A stretch of 64,000 nt of DNA from Vicugna vicugna (lineage: Eukaryota): assembly GCA_013265495.1 (NCBI GenBank), contig MU057416.1, forward strand, positions 800,545-864,544. Reading direction: 5' to 3'. The translations under genes and the position numbers were made by a program. Positions 26,461 through 38,129 of this stretch are shown here, piece by piece. Numbering within the stretch: position 1 is the stretch's first letter; every line of letters begins with the position of its first letter. The notes beneath the pieces are model-generated. The model was given only the letters and a program-made list of their open reading frames with translations, ran no database searches and was not told the origin of the DNA.

Positions 26461-29400
26461 GAGATATCACAGAAGACGGCAGAGTAGAAAGACCCTGAGC
26501 TGGCCTCCTGCCACGGGCGCACCACAGTTACAACTATTTACAGAGCAACTCTTGACGAGAATGACAAGACAACTAGCAAAAAGATCGTCTACAACTAAAG
26601 ACGTAAAGAAGGGGCCACAACAAGACAAACAGAGCCAGGGTCAGACCCACTGGCTGATCCTGGGGAGCCCCGGGGGGGGGGGGCACCTGGGACTCACTGG
26701 GGGACACAGATGCTGGAGCAGCCACTGGGGGGCTTGTTCTATGAGAGGACACTGGGGCTGGTGAGCACCCTTCTGGAGTCTTCCCTCCAGCTTATTAGCA
26801 TCAGTACCCAACCCCGCTCACCAGCCACTCAGCACCAGTTCTGGGTCCCCTGCAGGCCACGCAGCTAGCTGCATGGAGACACAGCTCCACCCACCAGCAG
26901 GCTGACAGCAGCCGCAGGCCCAGGTGAACACCCCCAGCCCCTAGGATACAGCCCCATCCTTCAAACAACCCAGGGCCTGGCCCTGCCCACCAATGGACCA
27001 ACACTTGCCCCAGGACCAGTGTCACCCACCAGTGAGCAGGTATCAGCCCCCTGCGCCCTGGTTGTGCCAAGCAGAGGGAGGCACATCAGTCCCAAGGCAC
27101 CCTGGGCCTCCAACCAGTAGCCCTGGGACCCAGTCACACTCACCAGCAGGCCAACACCAGCTCCAGGACCCCTGGACCCACAGCCAGCCGCCCCTGGACC
27201 CAGCTTCACCCACTAGTGGCCGACAGCCCCTGCACTGGGCATCGCCTGGCACCCAGCTGGGCCAGGACCAGCATGGCCACGTTAGTCAGCCCCGCACAAA
27301 AGAAGGGCCCGTGCAGCCTGCAGTGGGGTCCCCCTAGAGCATACAGCTCTGGTGAGCAGAGAGGAGTGTGCTGCTGGGCCCTACGGGGCGTCTCCTGCAT
27401 AAGGCCACTCCTCCAAGATCAAGAAATAGAACTGACTACCTAATACATAGAAATAGACACAGTGAATCAGACAAAATGAAGCAATGGAATTGTATTTTTG
27501 AAATAAAGGAACAAGATAAAACTCCAGAAGAAGAGCTAAGTCAAGTGGAGATAAGTTAATTTACCCAATAAAGAGTTCAAGGTACTGGTCATAAATTCAC
27601 TCAACAAACTGAAGAGAAGAATGGATAAACAGAGCGAGAAGGTTAACAAAGAGTTAGAAAATATAAAGAACCAAACCAAGCTGAATAATACAATAACTGA
27701 AATAAAAAAAAATACACTAGAAAGAATCAAGAGTAGATCAAATGATACAGAGGAACAGATCGGCAAACTGGGAGATGGTGTAGTGAAAATCACTCAAGCT
27801 GATCAGAAAAAAGAACTTTTTTAAAATGAGGACTGTTTAAGAGACCCCTGGGATAATATCATACGTACTAACGTTTGCATTATGAGAGCCCCAGAAGGAG
27901 GAGAGAGAGAGAGGGAAAGGGGCAGAGACTGTATGTGAAGACATAACAGCCGAAGCTCCCCTAGCCTGGGAGAGGACACGCGTCCAGGCAGCACAGAAAA
28001 CCCCAAATAAGATCAACCCAAAGGGGCCCACGTCAGTACACGCTGTGACTGAAACGGCAAAAAGTAAAGGCAAAGAATAGAAAACGCAGAAAGGGAATGA
28101 GGACCAGTTTTGTACAAAGGAACTCCTGTAAGATGGCAGCCGGCTTTTCAGTGGAAGCTGCACAGGCCAGCAGGGCGCAGCAGGGCGTGGCCTGGCGCAC
28201 CTACAGCGATGGAAGGAAGACGACCTCCAGTCAGGGACACCCCGCCCAGCAAGGCCGTCATCACATTTCAGGGCAAAATAAAGAGTTGTTGCAGACACGC
28301 GAAGGTAAAAGAGCCCATCGCCGCTAAGCTGGCTCCACAAGAAACCTTAAAGGGCTTCTCTGCGGAGAAGGAATCACCATGGCCAGAAGTACGAAAATTG
28401 TGAAAGAAAAAAACTTTCATTGGCTAAGTTAAATATACAGTAAAGCCAGTAGATCCAACACTTAAAAAGCTAATAGGAAGGTCAGACGCGAGAGCAGTCC
28501 AGCCGTCCACGCCCAGAGCCAGGGACACACACAGCAGGCGCTAGACCTGCGTCAGGAACGCCGTGTGTGCACGGGACGAGTGAGAACGCAGGTTTGTTAA
28601 AAGGCACTGAATTTAAGACATTATCAACTTAGAACAACCAATGTAATGCAGATTGCTATACATAAACCTCCCGAGAACCACAAGCCAGAAGTCTGTAATA
28701 GAACCACACCAAAAAAAGAGAAAGAAACCCAAGAATCACACTAAAGACAGTCCATTAAATCGGTAGGGAAGAGACCAAAAGAAGAAAGGAACAAAGGATC
28801 TACAAAAACAACCAACAAAGAGGCAGCAAGTGCATGCCTGTCAATGGTTACTTTAAATGTAATGGAACTAAACGCTCTGATTAAAGACACAGACTGACTG
28901 AAGGACACAGAAACAAGACCCACATCCATGCTGCCGACAAGAGACTCCCTTCAGACCTAAAGACACACACAGGCTGAGAGTGCACTGCTGGTGGGAATGT
29001 AAATGGTGCAGCCACTACAGGGAACAGAGGGAGGTTCCTCAAAAGATTAAAACTAGACTTACTGAACAATCCAGCAATTCCACTGCCGGATACGTGAAGA
29101 AAACAAAAACACTAATTCAAAAAGATACATGCACCCCTATGTTTACTGCAACATTATTTACAACAGCCAAAGTATAGAAGCCACCTCAGTTCCATCAACA
29201 GACGACTGGATAAAGAAGATGTGGTGTGGGTATGTATGTATGTGTGTGTGTATGTATGTATACACACACATACACACACACAATGGACTACTACTCAAAC
29301 ATAAGAACAAAATCTTGCCAAATGTGCCTAACCCTAACTTAGCGTTATGCTAAGTGAAATAAATCAGATGGAGAAAGACAAATACTGTATAATTTCACTT

Positions 29401-30070
29401 ATATGTGGAATCTAAAAAACAAATGAACAAACAAAATAGAAATAGACTCGCGGATACAGAGAACAAACAGATGGTTACCAGAGGGGAGGGGGGGTGCACA
29501 AGAAAATAGGTGAGGGAGATTAAGAGGTACAAACTTCAGTTATAAAATAAACTAATCATAGGTATAAAACGTACAGTCTGGCGAATATAGTCAATAATAA
29601 CATCATACTGTATGGTGACAGATGGTTACTAGACTTGTCGTGGTGATCATTTTGAAATGCACAGAAATATGGAATCACTACGTCATGTACCAGGAACTGA
29701 CACAGTGCTGCCGGTCAATTACACTTCAAAAACACACTCACTCAAAGAAGGGATCACAGCTGGGTGATCAGAGCGGGCTATGGGAGCAGGGGGAACTGGA
29801 TGAAGTTAGCCGAAAGGTACAAAGTTCCAGTTTTAAGACAAATAACTACTAAGGATGTAATGTACAACTCGATAAACACAGTTAACACTGCTGAATGTTA
29901 CGTATGAAAGCTGCTAAGCCAGTAAACTCTGAGAGTTCTCATCACAAGAAAAAAAAATTTCCTTTCTTTTCATTTTGTATCAATAGGAGATGCTGGATGT
30001 TCACTAAACCTACTGGGGTGATCATTTCATGACGTACACATCTCTCAATAAAGGTGGACAAGAAAGAAAA
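26461..30070 (+). mobile_element. L1 with 5' UTR, decayed ORF1, start of ORF2, large internal deletion and complete 3' UTR
   Basis: 5' start 'aagacggcagagtagaaagaccctgagct'. ORF1 peptides 'EKVNKELENIKNQTKLNNTITEIKKNTLERIKSR'. ORF2 start 'tcaatggttactttaaatgtaatggaactaaacgctc' at ~28840 jumps at ~28980 to 'HCWWECKW'. Bipartite 3' UTR ends 'tctctcaataaaggtggacaagaaagaaaa'. Confidence 0.9.
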
Positions 30071-30980
30071 GGTATCTTATGACTTCACAAGTGGGTAGGG
30101 TGGAAACTATTACGGGCACTGACCCAGCTCAGACACAGATCTTCAGAACCCTGTATTCTACCCACAAAATTCCCTTCACTGGCAATGTGGTCAGTTCTGC
30201 TCAGCTGGGGGCGAAGCCGTGTCTGCGCTCTGGAAACAGCCCACGCCAGATGACGCCAAGTACAGCCGCCCAGAGCCAGCCGCTCCATCTGGGGCAGGGA
30301 TGAGAGTCGCCCTGTGTATAAGCAGGGTGTGGCCCCAGCTCGACTGTGTGGATTTACATCTTCAGCTCAGGGAGGAAGCAGGGAAGCTGCCCCGCAAGTC
30401 GACTTTCGGGACCTTCTCTCATCTCACCTTCCTATTTGCTGGACTCTTGTCCTGAGTCCTGTAAACCTGATTCCGATTATAAGTTTTAGACCCCAGACGC
30501 CATACCTGCTTCTGCCACTGTTGGGTTTAGTGACCCTCAACTCTTCCCTTGAGTTTTCTACCAAGGTCCTTATTCTCCTGCGGTTTCAGGTTCTTTCTGT
30601 TCCAGCTATTTCTGTGTCCATCATTAGTTACCCTGAGTGAAGACTCTCCACTCTTTCCCAAAGGAAACCCAGCCCAGTTCTCATAAATTAGACTTCCGTT
30701 TGGGGACAAGAGAATTATCATTGCAGTAATACTGACTTTAAAATTTATCATCCAGAAGCCATAAAAATTACATTCATTTTTCTGAGTTAAAAAGAATCAC
30801 ATGCGTGAGTACATAGGGACGTCTACTAAACCAGCAAAGGTTTGGAGGTGGTTTATGCGAAGTCATCAGAAACTGAGGTCACTTCACTTAGACATCAAAA
30901 GTCGACATATCCACGCATATAATTTATGCAGTGAATTTTGGTCTTAATGTATCACTTTCAAAAACTCTTGAATTCTCAGC

Positions 30981-31144
30981 AGGGAGGGTACAGCTCAGTG
31001 GTAGAGCGCATGCTTAACATGGATGAGGTCCTGGGTTCAAACCCCAGTACCTCCTCCAAAACATAAACACATAAGAAAACCTAATTATCTTCCCACACCA
31101 AAAAATAAAAAATAAATTTAAAATAAATTTACAAATCAAAAAAA
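30981..31144 (+). mobile_element. Vic-1-type camelid SINE (tRNA-derived)
   Basis: 'gggagggtacagctcagtggtagagcgcatgcttaacatggatgaggtcctgggttcaaaccccagtacctcc' with Pol III A box (~30989-31002) and B box (31034-31044), then the 'aaacctaattatcttccc' linker and A-rich tail typical of Vic-1. Confidence 0.88.
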
Positions 31145-31289
31145 CAGTATCAGTTGTATTAAAAAAGAAAGAATATATACATATATGTGTATATACTGAA
31201 AAACCACATCTATGTACATATATATGTGTATATTTAAAAAAAAAAAAACTTAAATCCTCAGAGGGACGTTAGTTAAAGAGATCTCAGGC

Positions 31290-31645
31290 GGCCTTTCTTC
31301 CTCCCTGACCCACCCTCCTCCCCCAGGGAAGCGGTGTGGCTTGGCGCGGAGGCCGGACGGGCGGCGGGCTCCCCGGGGCACAGCCGTGGGGCCTCGGGCA
31401 GTGGGCAGAGCTCGGCTTCGGAGCCCAGAGACCCCGGGGAGAGCCATGCAAGGGGGTCTGGGGCTGAGGAGCAGGACCAGGGACTCAAAGGGCAGGAAGA
31501 GCAGGTTTAAAAGAGCAAGTAAGGGGGGACCGGGAAAGCAGCGGAGTAGTCGGAGCCCGGAGCCCCGCTGCCGCCGCCACCGCCGCGCGGGGCCGAGCGA
31601 AGCACGCGTCACGCACGTGTGCGCGGCACGGTATCGAGCGTCTAA
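31290..31645. promoter_or_regulatory. Small CpG island-like patch
   Basis: CpG-dense 'gccgccgccaccgccgcgcggggccgagcgaagcacgcgtcacgcacgtgtgcgcggcacgg', including a CACGTG E-box. Confidence 0.5.
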
Positions 31646-32000
31646 GCCCTTTAATTCCCTGTGTCTATGAAAAGTCGCAGTCAGAAAGCCCAGATGGGCT
31701 GTATTAATCAGAGCACATAATCTTCGTGGCAGACACGGTCGTTCCCAGAGCCTGGACGTATTCCTGGAGCCTCTGCGATGCCCGTTGTCTCGAGGTAAGA
31801 AACTCGGTTGGCTCGGCAGCATTTGCTAATTTATGTAAAAAGGAAAACGAGTCGCATATAAACATATGGAAATACCCAAGTGCCAATTTTTTTTAGGTTA
31901 GCTCTTTGCGGCCTCGTTTTCCTTTTAACCTGGGGTTCATACTATCGACTCTTAACACTAAACACAGACCCAGCATACTTAGCTTGCAAATGTGTTTTTT

Positions 32001-32052
32001 ATATATATNNNNNNNNNNNNNNNNNNNNNNNNTATATATATATATATATATA
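32001..32052. repeat. (TA)n microsatellite spanning an assembly gap (N 32009-32032)
   Basis: TA runs on both sides of 24 Ns. Confidence 0.95.
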
Positions 32053-32884
32053 AATTTGACAGATATGGATGTATGCACATTTATAGATGTATGTGTATAT
32101 TTCAGACTAAGTAAAATTAGTGTTTTCTTTGGAAAGAAAACTGACAAAGGACGGGAAATGCTTACTTGAGGATCTCACAGTTAAGGGCTGCAAACATTTA
32201 AGCAGGAGTTACTGCCATCCAGAGGCAGGAAGCCATGAATTGCCACATCCCATTACTTACTACCAAGGAAGCAAGCCAAGAAAAATGTGTGGATCGTGGC
32301 AGTGTTGCTCATTAAATCATCAAAGAATGGGAAACGAATCCCCAGAATCAGGTGTCACAGGGTCCGCGGTCGCACTGTCGCCATGAAGGGGAAAACGCGG
32401 TTCTCATTCTTCAAAGCGGGTCACAGTGAAAGAGAACTGTTTTCCGTGACATAAGACTAACCATTTCTACAGACTCCCCAGTGTGCAAAGCATAAAACAT
32501 CTTGAGAATGAATTCTACATTTCTTAGAAAATCCGTTTTTTCCTCATTTTGAAAGCATACAATACTTCGGTGGAGACACTAAGATTAATGCTTCTAGTGG
32601 CTGATGAAAGCAGCCCATTACCCTGCAGCAGAAATAGAGTACTTCTTGGCTCTGAAAAGTCTGCTAGGACACTAGGAAATCCATCACACACACAAAATGG
32701 TGCTCAGCATCTGGATATTAGCTTCCAAAAAACATTTGCAATGTATACAGTGAGTCATTTTAGTAGAATTGGTAAGTAAAATCCTGAAAGACTTTTTGCA
32801 TAGCTGAAAAGCGTCAGGATTACACCAGAAGAGTTCCTTATGACAGCAGCTCTGACTTAGAGAAAAATGATACATTATTCTTCT

Positions 32885-32936
32885 AGAGTAATGCCAGATG
32901 ACTTGATCAAATATCTTGATCATCTGGCATTACTCT
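32885..32936. repeat. Perfect 17-bp inverted repeat
   Basis: agagtaatgccagatga (32885-32901) and its exact reverse complement tcatctggcattactct (32920-32936). Confidence 0.95.
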
Positions 32937-33602
32937 TTTTGGGGTGAGTTTCTATAGCTGTTACAGGGGCTGAATTCCTTCTGACAATAAATGAATAAAC
33001 AAATGCATTAATTCTAGAATATTTCTGCTTGTTTACATTTTGTTAGAAATTCAAATTCAAACCTGCATCCGTCTGAGTTTTTAACAAGAACAAATAATAA
33101 CTGCAAATTACATTTGTTATTCGCACTTTCCCCACCCATCAATAAAAATTATTTATTTTATATGTACATAACCTTTTGAATACTTTTTAAGATTTTGACT
33201 ACACATATACATACGTGCAATCTGAAAGGTAAGTAAAAATACAATCAAACCAAGCCTATTTCAATTTTCTAACCAACTTACACAGACGATTTCAGTCTGG
33301 GAACATTTTGAATCAAATAAAATAATTAATAATTAGATGAGAAAATATTATTAAATAGCTATTTTCACTCTACCAAAATCATTCATTGTGCATGTTAGAG
33401 TATCTTTAGGAGCCCACGTTCAAATGCACCACGGGGGGATGAGGAAGGTCCCGCCCGTTAGAAGTGTAGTTTGACTTTCTTAAAACAAACCCCAAACTGC
33501 GTTTCTGTAGTTGCGCTGGGCTACGGTCCCTGTCTTACAACCCTGCTCCACTTTCTGCTTGTTTGTATGGTTCCGTGAGATCTCTGCATGTGCAGGGTTA
33601 TC

Positions 33603-33619
33603 AGTGCCCTCTGCTGGTT
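33603..33619 (-). promoter_or_regulatory. CTCF core motif
   Basis: Minus strand reads aaCCAGCAGAGGGCACt, a near-consensus CTCF core (CCASYAGRKGGCRS). Confidence 0.6.
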
Positions 33620-34059
33620 TCCAGCCCGAAGTCTCAAAAGGAGGAAAAAGAAGAAAAGGGGACGAAACAAACATTCCAACCCTGGGAAACGGCACTCGCC
33701 CAACTGAACGGAGAAACGAAAAGAGAGCGAGCGAGAGCTCCCCTACGATGTTACTTGTCTGCTCGCCTGTTGTCTGAAGCAACTGTTTCTACCAAAGCCC
33801 AGCTGTGAGGTGGGTTGTTTCTGACTTCCAAATCCTCATTAAGTCTCAGCTCAGCTCCAGGAAAGGAGTTAGCAACATAAAACAAGGGGGAAAAACTGCA
33901 AATAAATCGAAAAAAAAATTATTTCATCTGTACCTAATCTATCTGTGACTAACATAGGCAGCAGTTTGGTGACGGGACACACTCGGCGGTGACCTCCTAG
34001 AGGCTGGCGTGGAGACACGGGTCCAGGGGGGCATCTTCACTCCGCACTTACCATACACC

Positions 34060-34400
34060 CTGCTTAAAATTTCAGCAAGGAGACCATAGCCCGAATCCCT
34101 GTACTTCCCGCCTGCTCTCCACTCTCCGCTCTCTCCCAAGCTACCGCCACCCCTCGTCAAGCCTCCCAGCGCCCTTCCCCGCAACCTTCTTGATCTCCCT
34201 GCAGTCCCGTCTCGCGGAGCAGCCAGAGCAATTCTTCTTAAACAGGACATACCATGCCTCTCTCCCAAACAAAGCCAGTCAGTGGCTTCCCATCATAGTT
34301 AAAATGAAGTTCAGTCTGTTTCGTGCCCTGAACTCCCCAGAAGCTAGGATTACGCCTGGCCCAGAGCAGGTGCTTTAAAAGTGAGTTTTCAATGAATAGA
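34060..34400 (+). mobile_element. L2 fragment
   Basis: 'gcagccagagcaattcttcttaaac...cagtggcttcccatc...cgcctggcccagagcaggtgctttaaaagtgagttttcaatgaat'. Confidence 0.65.
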
Positions 34401-34699
34401 TGGGTAGACAAGACAACAACACTATACTAAGGTGTTGTCTTTGTAAATTTTAAAAGAAGGAGCACTCAACTTGGAGAGCCAGTAAAAACTGGTCACTAAC
34501 AGACTTAAGTGAATTTCCTTTACCCCTTTGGATCTGCTTTGACATATGAAGTAAATAATGGCCCTAGGTCTAAAATTTTAATGGTTCAAGGTCTCTAGGT
34601 TTCGCATCTAAACACAGACACACGTGTGTGCTAACTATAGAAGGAATCCTACCTCGGGCTGTTTTCCGAGGACATGACACTGTACAAGGGACAGAAGAA

Positions 34700-34930
34700 T
34701 GTAGGTGACACTGAACACCTGCTGTGTGCCAGTGCTACACTGCACGTTTACACACTGACTTACGACTTAAGGTGCATTCACTTATTGATACTTCAAACAG
34801 CCACGATGTAGGTGCTATATAGTTAGTTTGCAGATGGGGGAAACGGGAGCGTGATTACATACCACCCCTAGAGCCATATCGTTGGTAAGTGGCACAAAGG
34901 GATGCCGATCCCCGGTCTGATCACATCACC
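34700..34930 (-). mobile_element. MIR
   Basis: 'ctgaacacctgctgtgtgccagtgctac...gtaggtgctat...tttgcagatgggggaaacgggag...ggtaagtggcacaaagggat'. Confidence 0.65.
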
Positions 34931-36479
34931 CTGCGGACCCAGACTGGTGACGTTCGCCAAAGGAACGCCAGGCGCCAGCAGGCCTTGTCAAACCCGGCTT
35001 CACCTTGAGGTTCATGATGGACCCATCTCCCCCTGAGCCACACAGAAGATGCGTGCATATCTGTACAAAACTGGGCTTCTGTCAGAAAGGAAACAGAGGA
35101 AAATGGATGCTGGGTGGACAAATAACGGTGCTTCCTGCAAAATGAAGACTTTCTAACAACATAAATGTTCACCACTAACAGAGCGAGAGTTAAGTAAACG
35201 ATTCCATATCCCAAAGGTAAAATATGATGAAGCCACGAAAAATGAGGACAACGCTGAACAATAAGAGAAATGCAGAGACACAGAAACACAGAGAGAAAAA
35301 TCAGAAAGCACTGTAATTACAATTATGCAAAATTGTACATGCATATGAACAAGAAGCGGGAAAATCGTGTTTACCTTTTTATTTTTAGATTTCCATTATT
35401 CCTGATTTATTATTGTTTGTGCAGCAAAGAAAAAGAAAACCAGTAATCAACGTCAATTTTCCTGAAAACCTACTCCAGATAAATGATCTAAAATACAGCA
35501 CAGCCTGAGCAACAGCCCGAAGAAATCTATAGAGAATGTTTACCACATCCTGAGAATACGCAGCCTCATGAAAAGCGCATGATTTGTTCCATTTCTCCTT
35601 GTTATCGTCACCACTACCACTTCCTTCAAGTGACTTTTTAAAATATATCTCAGTCCTCAGTTCCAGAGACTGTCTCTCATTACATAATACCTCAAAATTT
35701 AATCCATGTTTTCCCTGGTTGAAACCACCCAATAGAGTTTATTCCTCAATTCCACGCCCTGTTAGCAGCTCAGTGTGGGAGATACTTTCCACTCACAGAG
35801 CTGATCATTAACGAAGTACCCTGAAGTCTCAAATATTATACAGCAACGGTTAAGTGAATGAAAAGCCCACAGGTAATTTATTTTATTTGGGGAATAGGAG
35901 GAAGAAAAGAGGATGGGTAAAATGACTTTCTGGCCTTTTAACATATAATTTTTTTAATTTAAATTAAGTGATTTTCTTGTACTTTGCGGAAGCGCACGTG
36001 TACACAGGTACACATGCACAAGCGTGGTGTGTACACATCAGGTTATCAGCGTTCCTCCTAGTGGTGTGTGTGTGTCTCCACACAGAGCCATGTGAGCTCC
36101 AAGGAGGGCAGCCCGGTGCCTGGCTGCTGTTTTCCTCCCTCCAAAGAGTAAAACTCAAAATAAATCGGTATCGACATACTGACCAGGATACAATTTGGAT
36201 CATATCTGTACCAGGTAGAGCTTTTCAACTGTACAATGTTCAGTCCAAAGGATTCTTTATCTTTCAATATTGCTTGCCACAAAATGGTGAGGTCAGGAAA
36301 CACTCAACTGGATTTGAAAGAGAAATTCTTCTAAATAGAAAAAGCAGTTCACATGTCTAGTTCAAATATTTGCAAAGCAAAGTTGATAAAATTATTCATT
36401 AACAGAACAAAAATGTGTATTTACGAAAAAGATTGTGAAAATAACTTAAAATATTGTATAATATTATATTTAATGTTTA

Positions 36480-37400
36480 TAAAATTGAAAAAGCAATCAA
36501 AGTCCTATGGAAAGTGAATGAAACTTAAATCAACACAAGAAGCAAACATGATTTTGACTCCCAAAGATTTTAGATCATGGATAATCAGTTACAAAAAATA
36601 AAACAGGTATATTTAAAACATTTTTTAAAAACAGAGATCTTTCAAAAACACAAAAATCTTAAGATACTATTTAGAACCCCACACAGGTTAGGGGAAAAAA
36701 TCCTAAAGAAAAAAAAATATAATCACTGAAATTAAAAGCTTACTGGACGATGACACAGCAGACTGCGTGCAGTGGGAGGTACAGCTGACAGCTGACCTAA
36801 AAACTAACCCGGAAAACTGTGGAGACAGAAAGATGCAAAGTATGAGTAAGAAGTTACCAGACATGGAAAAGGAACATCATGTCTAACCGCAGTAACGGAA
36901 GTGTAGAAAACTGCGGGTCATGCTGTATTCAATAAGCATATGACTGAGAACTCAGATTCAAAAATCCCTGGGAAACACAAGCAGGAAAAAGAAGACACCC
37001 ACACCTAGACACACGAGAATGGCGCCGCAGGCCTCCGAAGAAACAGACGGGAAAGCAAGGCAGATTTTCAAAGCGGTCGGAGAAAGAGGACACAGTACTA
37101 GGAAGGGGGTAATAAAATCAACAGCGTAGTTTTTCACAGCAAAACTCCAAGCCAGAGGACCACAGAAACATCATCAACAACAAGGAGAAAGTACACACTT
37201 TTTATTCAGTTTACATCTCGAAAGATTGACCTCCAACAGATCTCCCCTAAAATAAGCTGTAAAGAACCACTTCAGGAGGATGGAAGTTATTCAAGAGACA
37301 ATGAACAAGAAACAAGAAGAAATGGAGCAAAGGAACAAGTGAAAGCAGGGAAGATGGAGGAAATGTTGACTATACAAAATAATACCTTACATGGGGTCGA
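36480..37400 (+). mobile_element. Ancient L1/HAL1-like ORF1 remnant
   Basis: A-rich, with 'aatcactgaaattaaaagcttactggacg', 'cccacacctagacac', 'aaaactccaagccagagga' resembling L1 ORF1. Confidence 0.55.
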
Positions 37401-37689
37401 AAACTTAGAACAAAAGAACATGACAAGACAATGGGGGTTCATAGAAATTGAAGAGTTTAATCATCTTAGGTTGTTCACGAGGAAACCAGGTAAAAGCGTT
37501 AACCGCAGACCTCGTCAGCAGGCACACAGGGGTGGCACCAGGAGTAAACGTAAGGACAAGCACCTTGGGAGACTGGCAGCCCGAGGGCTCCCCACCTCGC
37601 CGAACCCACCGCGGCTCTGGCAGTGCCCCTGCCACGCTCTGCGGACTTGCCGCCTAACCTGCTCTGGCCAAAGGGACAACAAATGCGAT

Positions 37690-38120
37690 GAAAGCAGAGC
37701 CTTTAAGAAGAGTTCAAGTGTTTCTTCTTATTTTTCTTATTTTCCTCCTTGTCTTCTTCCTCCTTTTTTTATGCCCACCCCTTCTCTCCCCCTCTCACTT
37801 CTCTGTAGTTGCCATAAGGACACACATGAGCGAACATGAAAATACACCCGGACGAGCCTGCTAGCGAGAAGTAAGAACTCAAGGAGAAGAGCCAGTTCAC
37901 CCCGGTGAGACTGTCCCTGACCAGCCAGCCGCTCCCTGCCCTCACGCAGACAGCCCACCAGCTGCCGCGGAGCGTGGGCAAGCCTGGCGGAGACCAGCAG
38001 AGACCAGCTCAGACCAGCAAACCATCAACTGACCTGTAGAATCATGAAAAACAGTATATTTGTGTTGTTTTAATTCACTAGGATTCTGGGTCTCTTGTTA
38101 TGCAGCAGAAGCTAGTGACA
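37690..38120 (+). mobile_element. MaLR LTR (MLT1H-J-like), 3' part
   Basis: Ends 'gtgttgttttaattcactaggattctgggtctcttgttatgcagcagaagctagtgaca', typical of an MLT1 terminus. Confidence 0.65.
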
Positions 38121-38129
38121 GTGACGACA

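Noticed and set aside
30981..31055. tRNA-Ala-like gene
   Set aside because: The anticodon arm is degenerate and it is followed by the Vic-1 linker, A-tail and a probable TSD, so it is a SINE.
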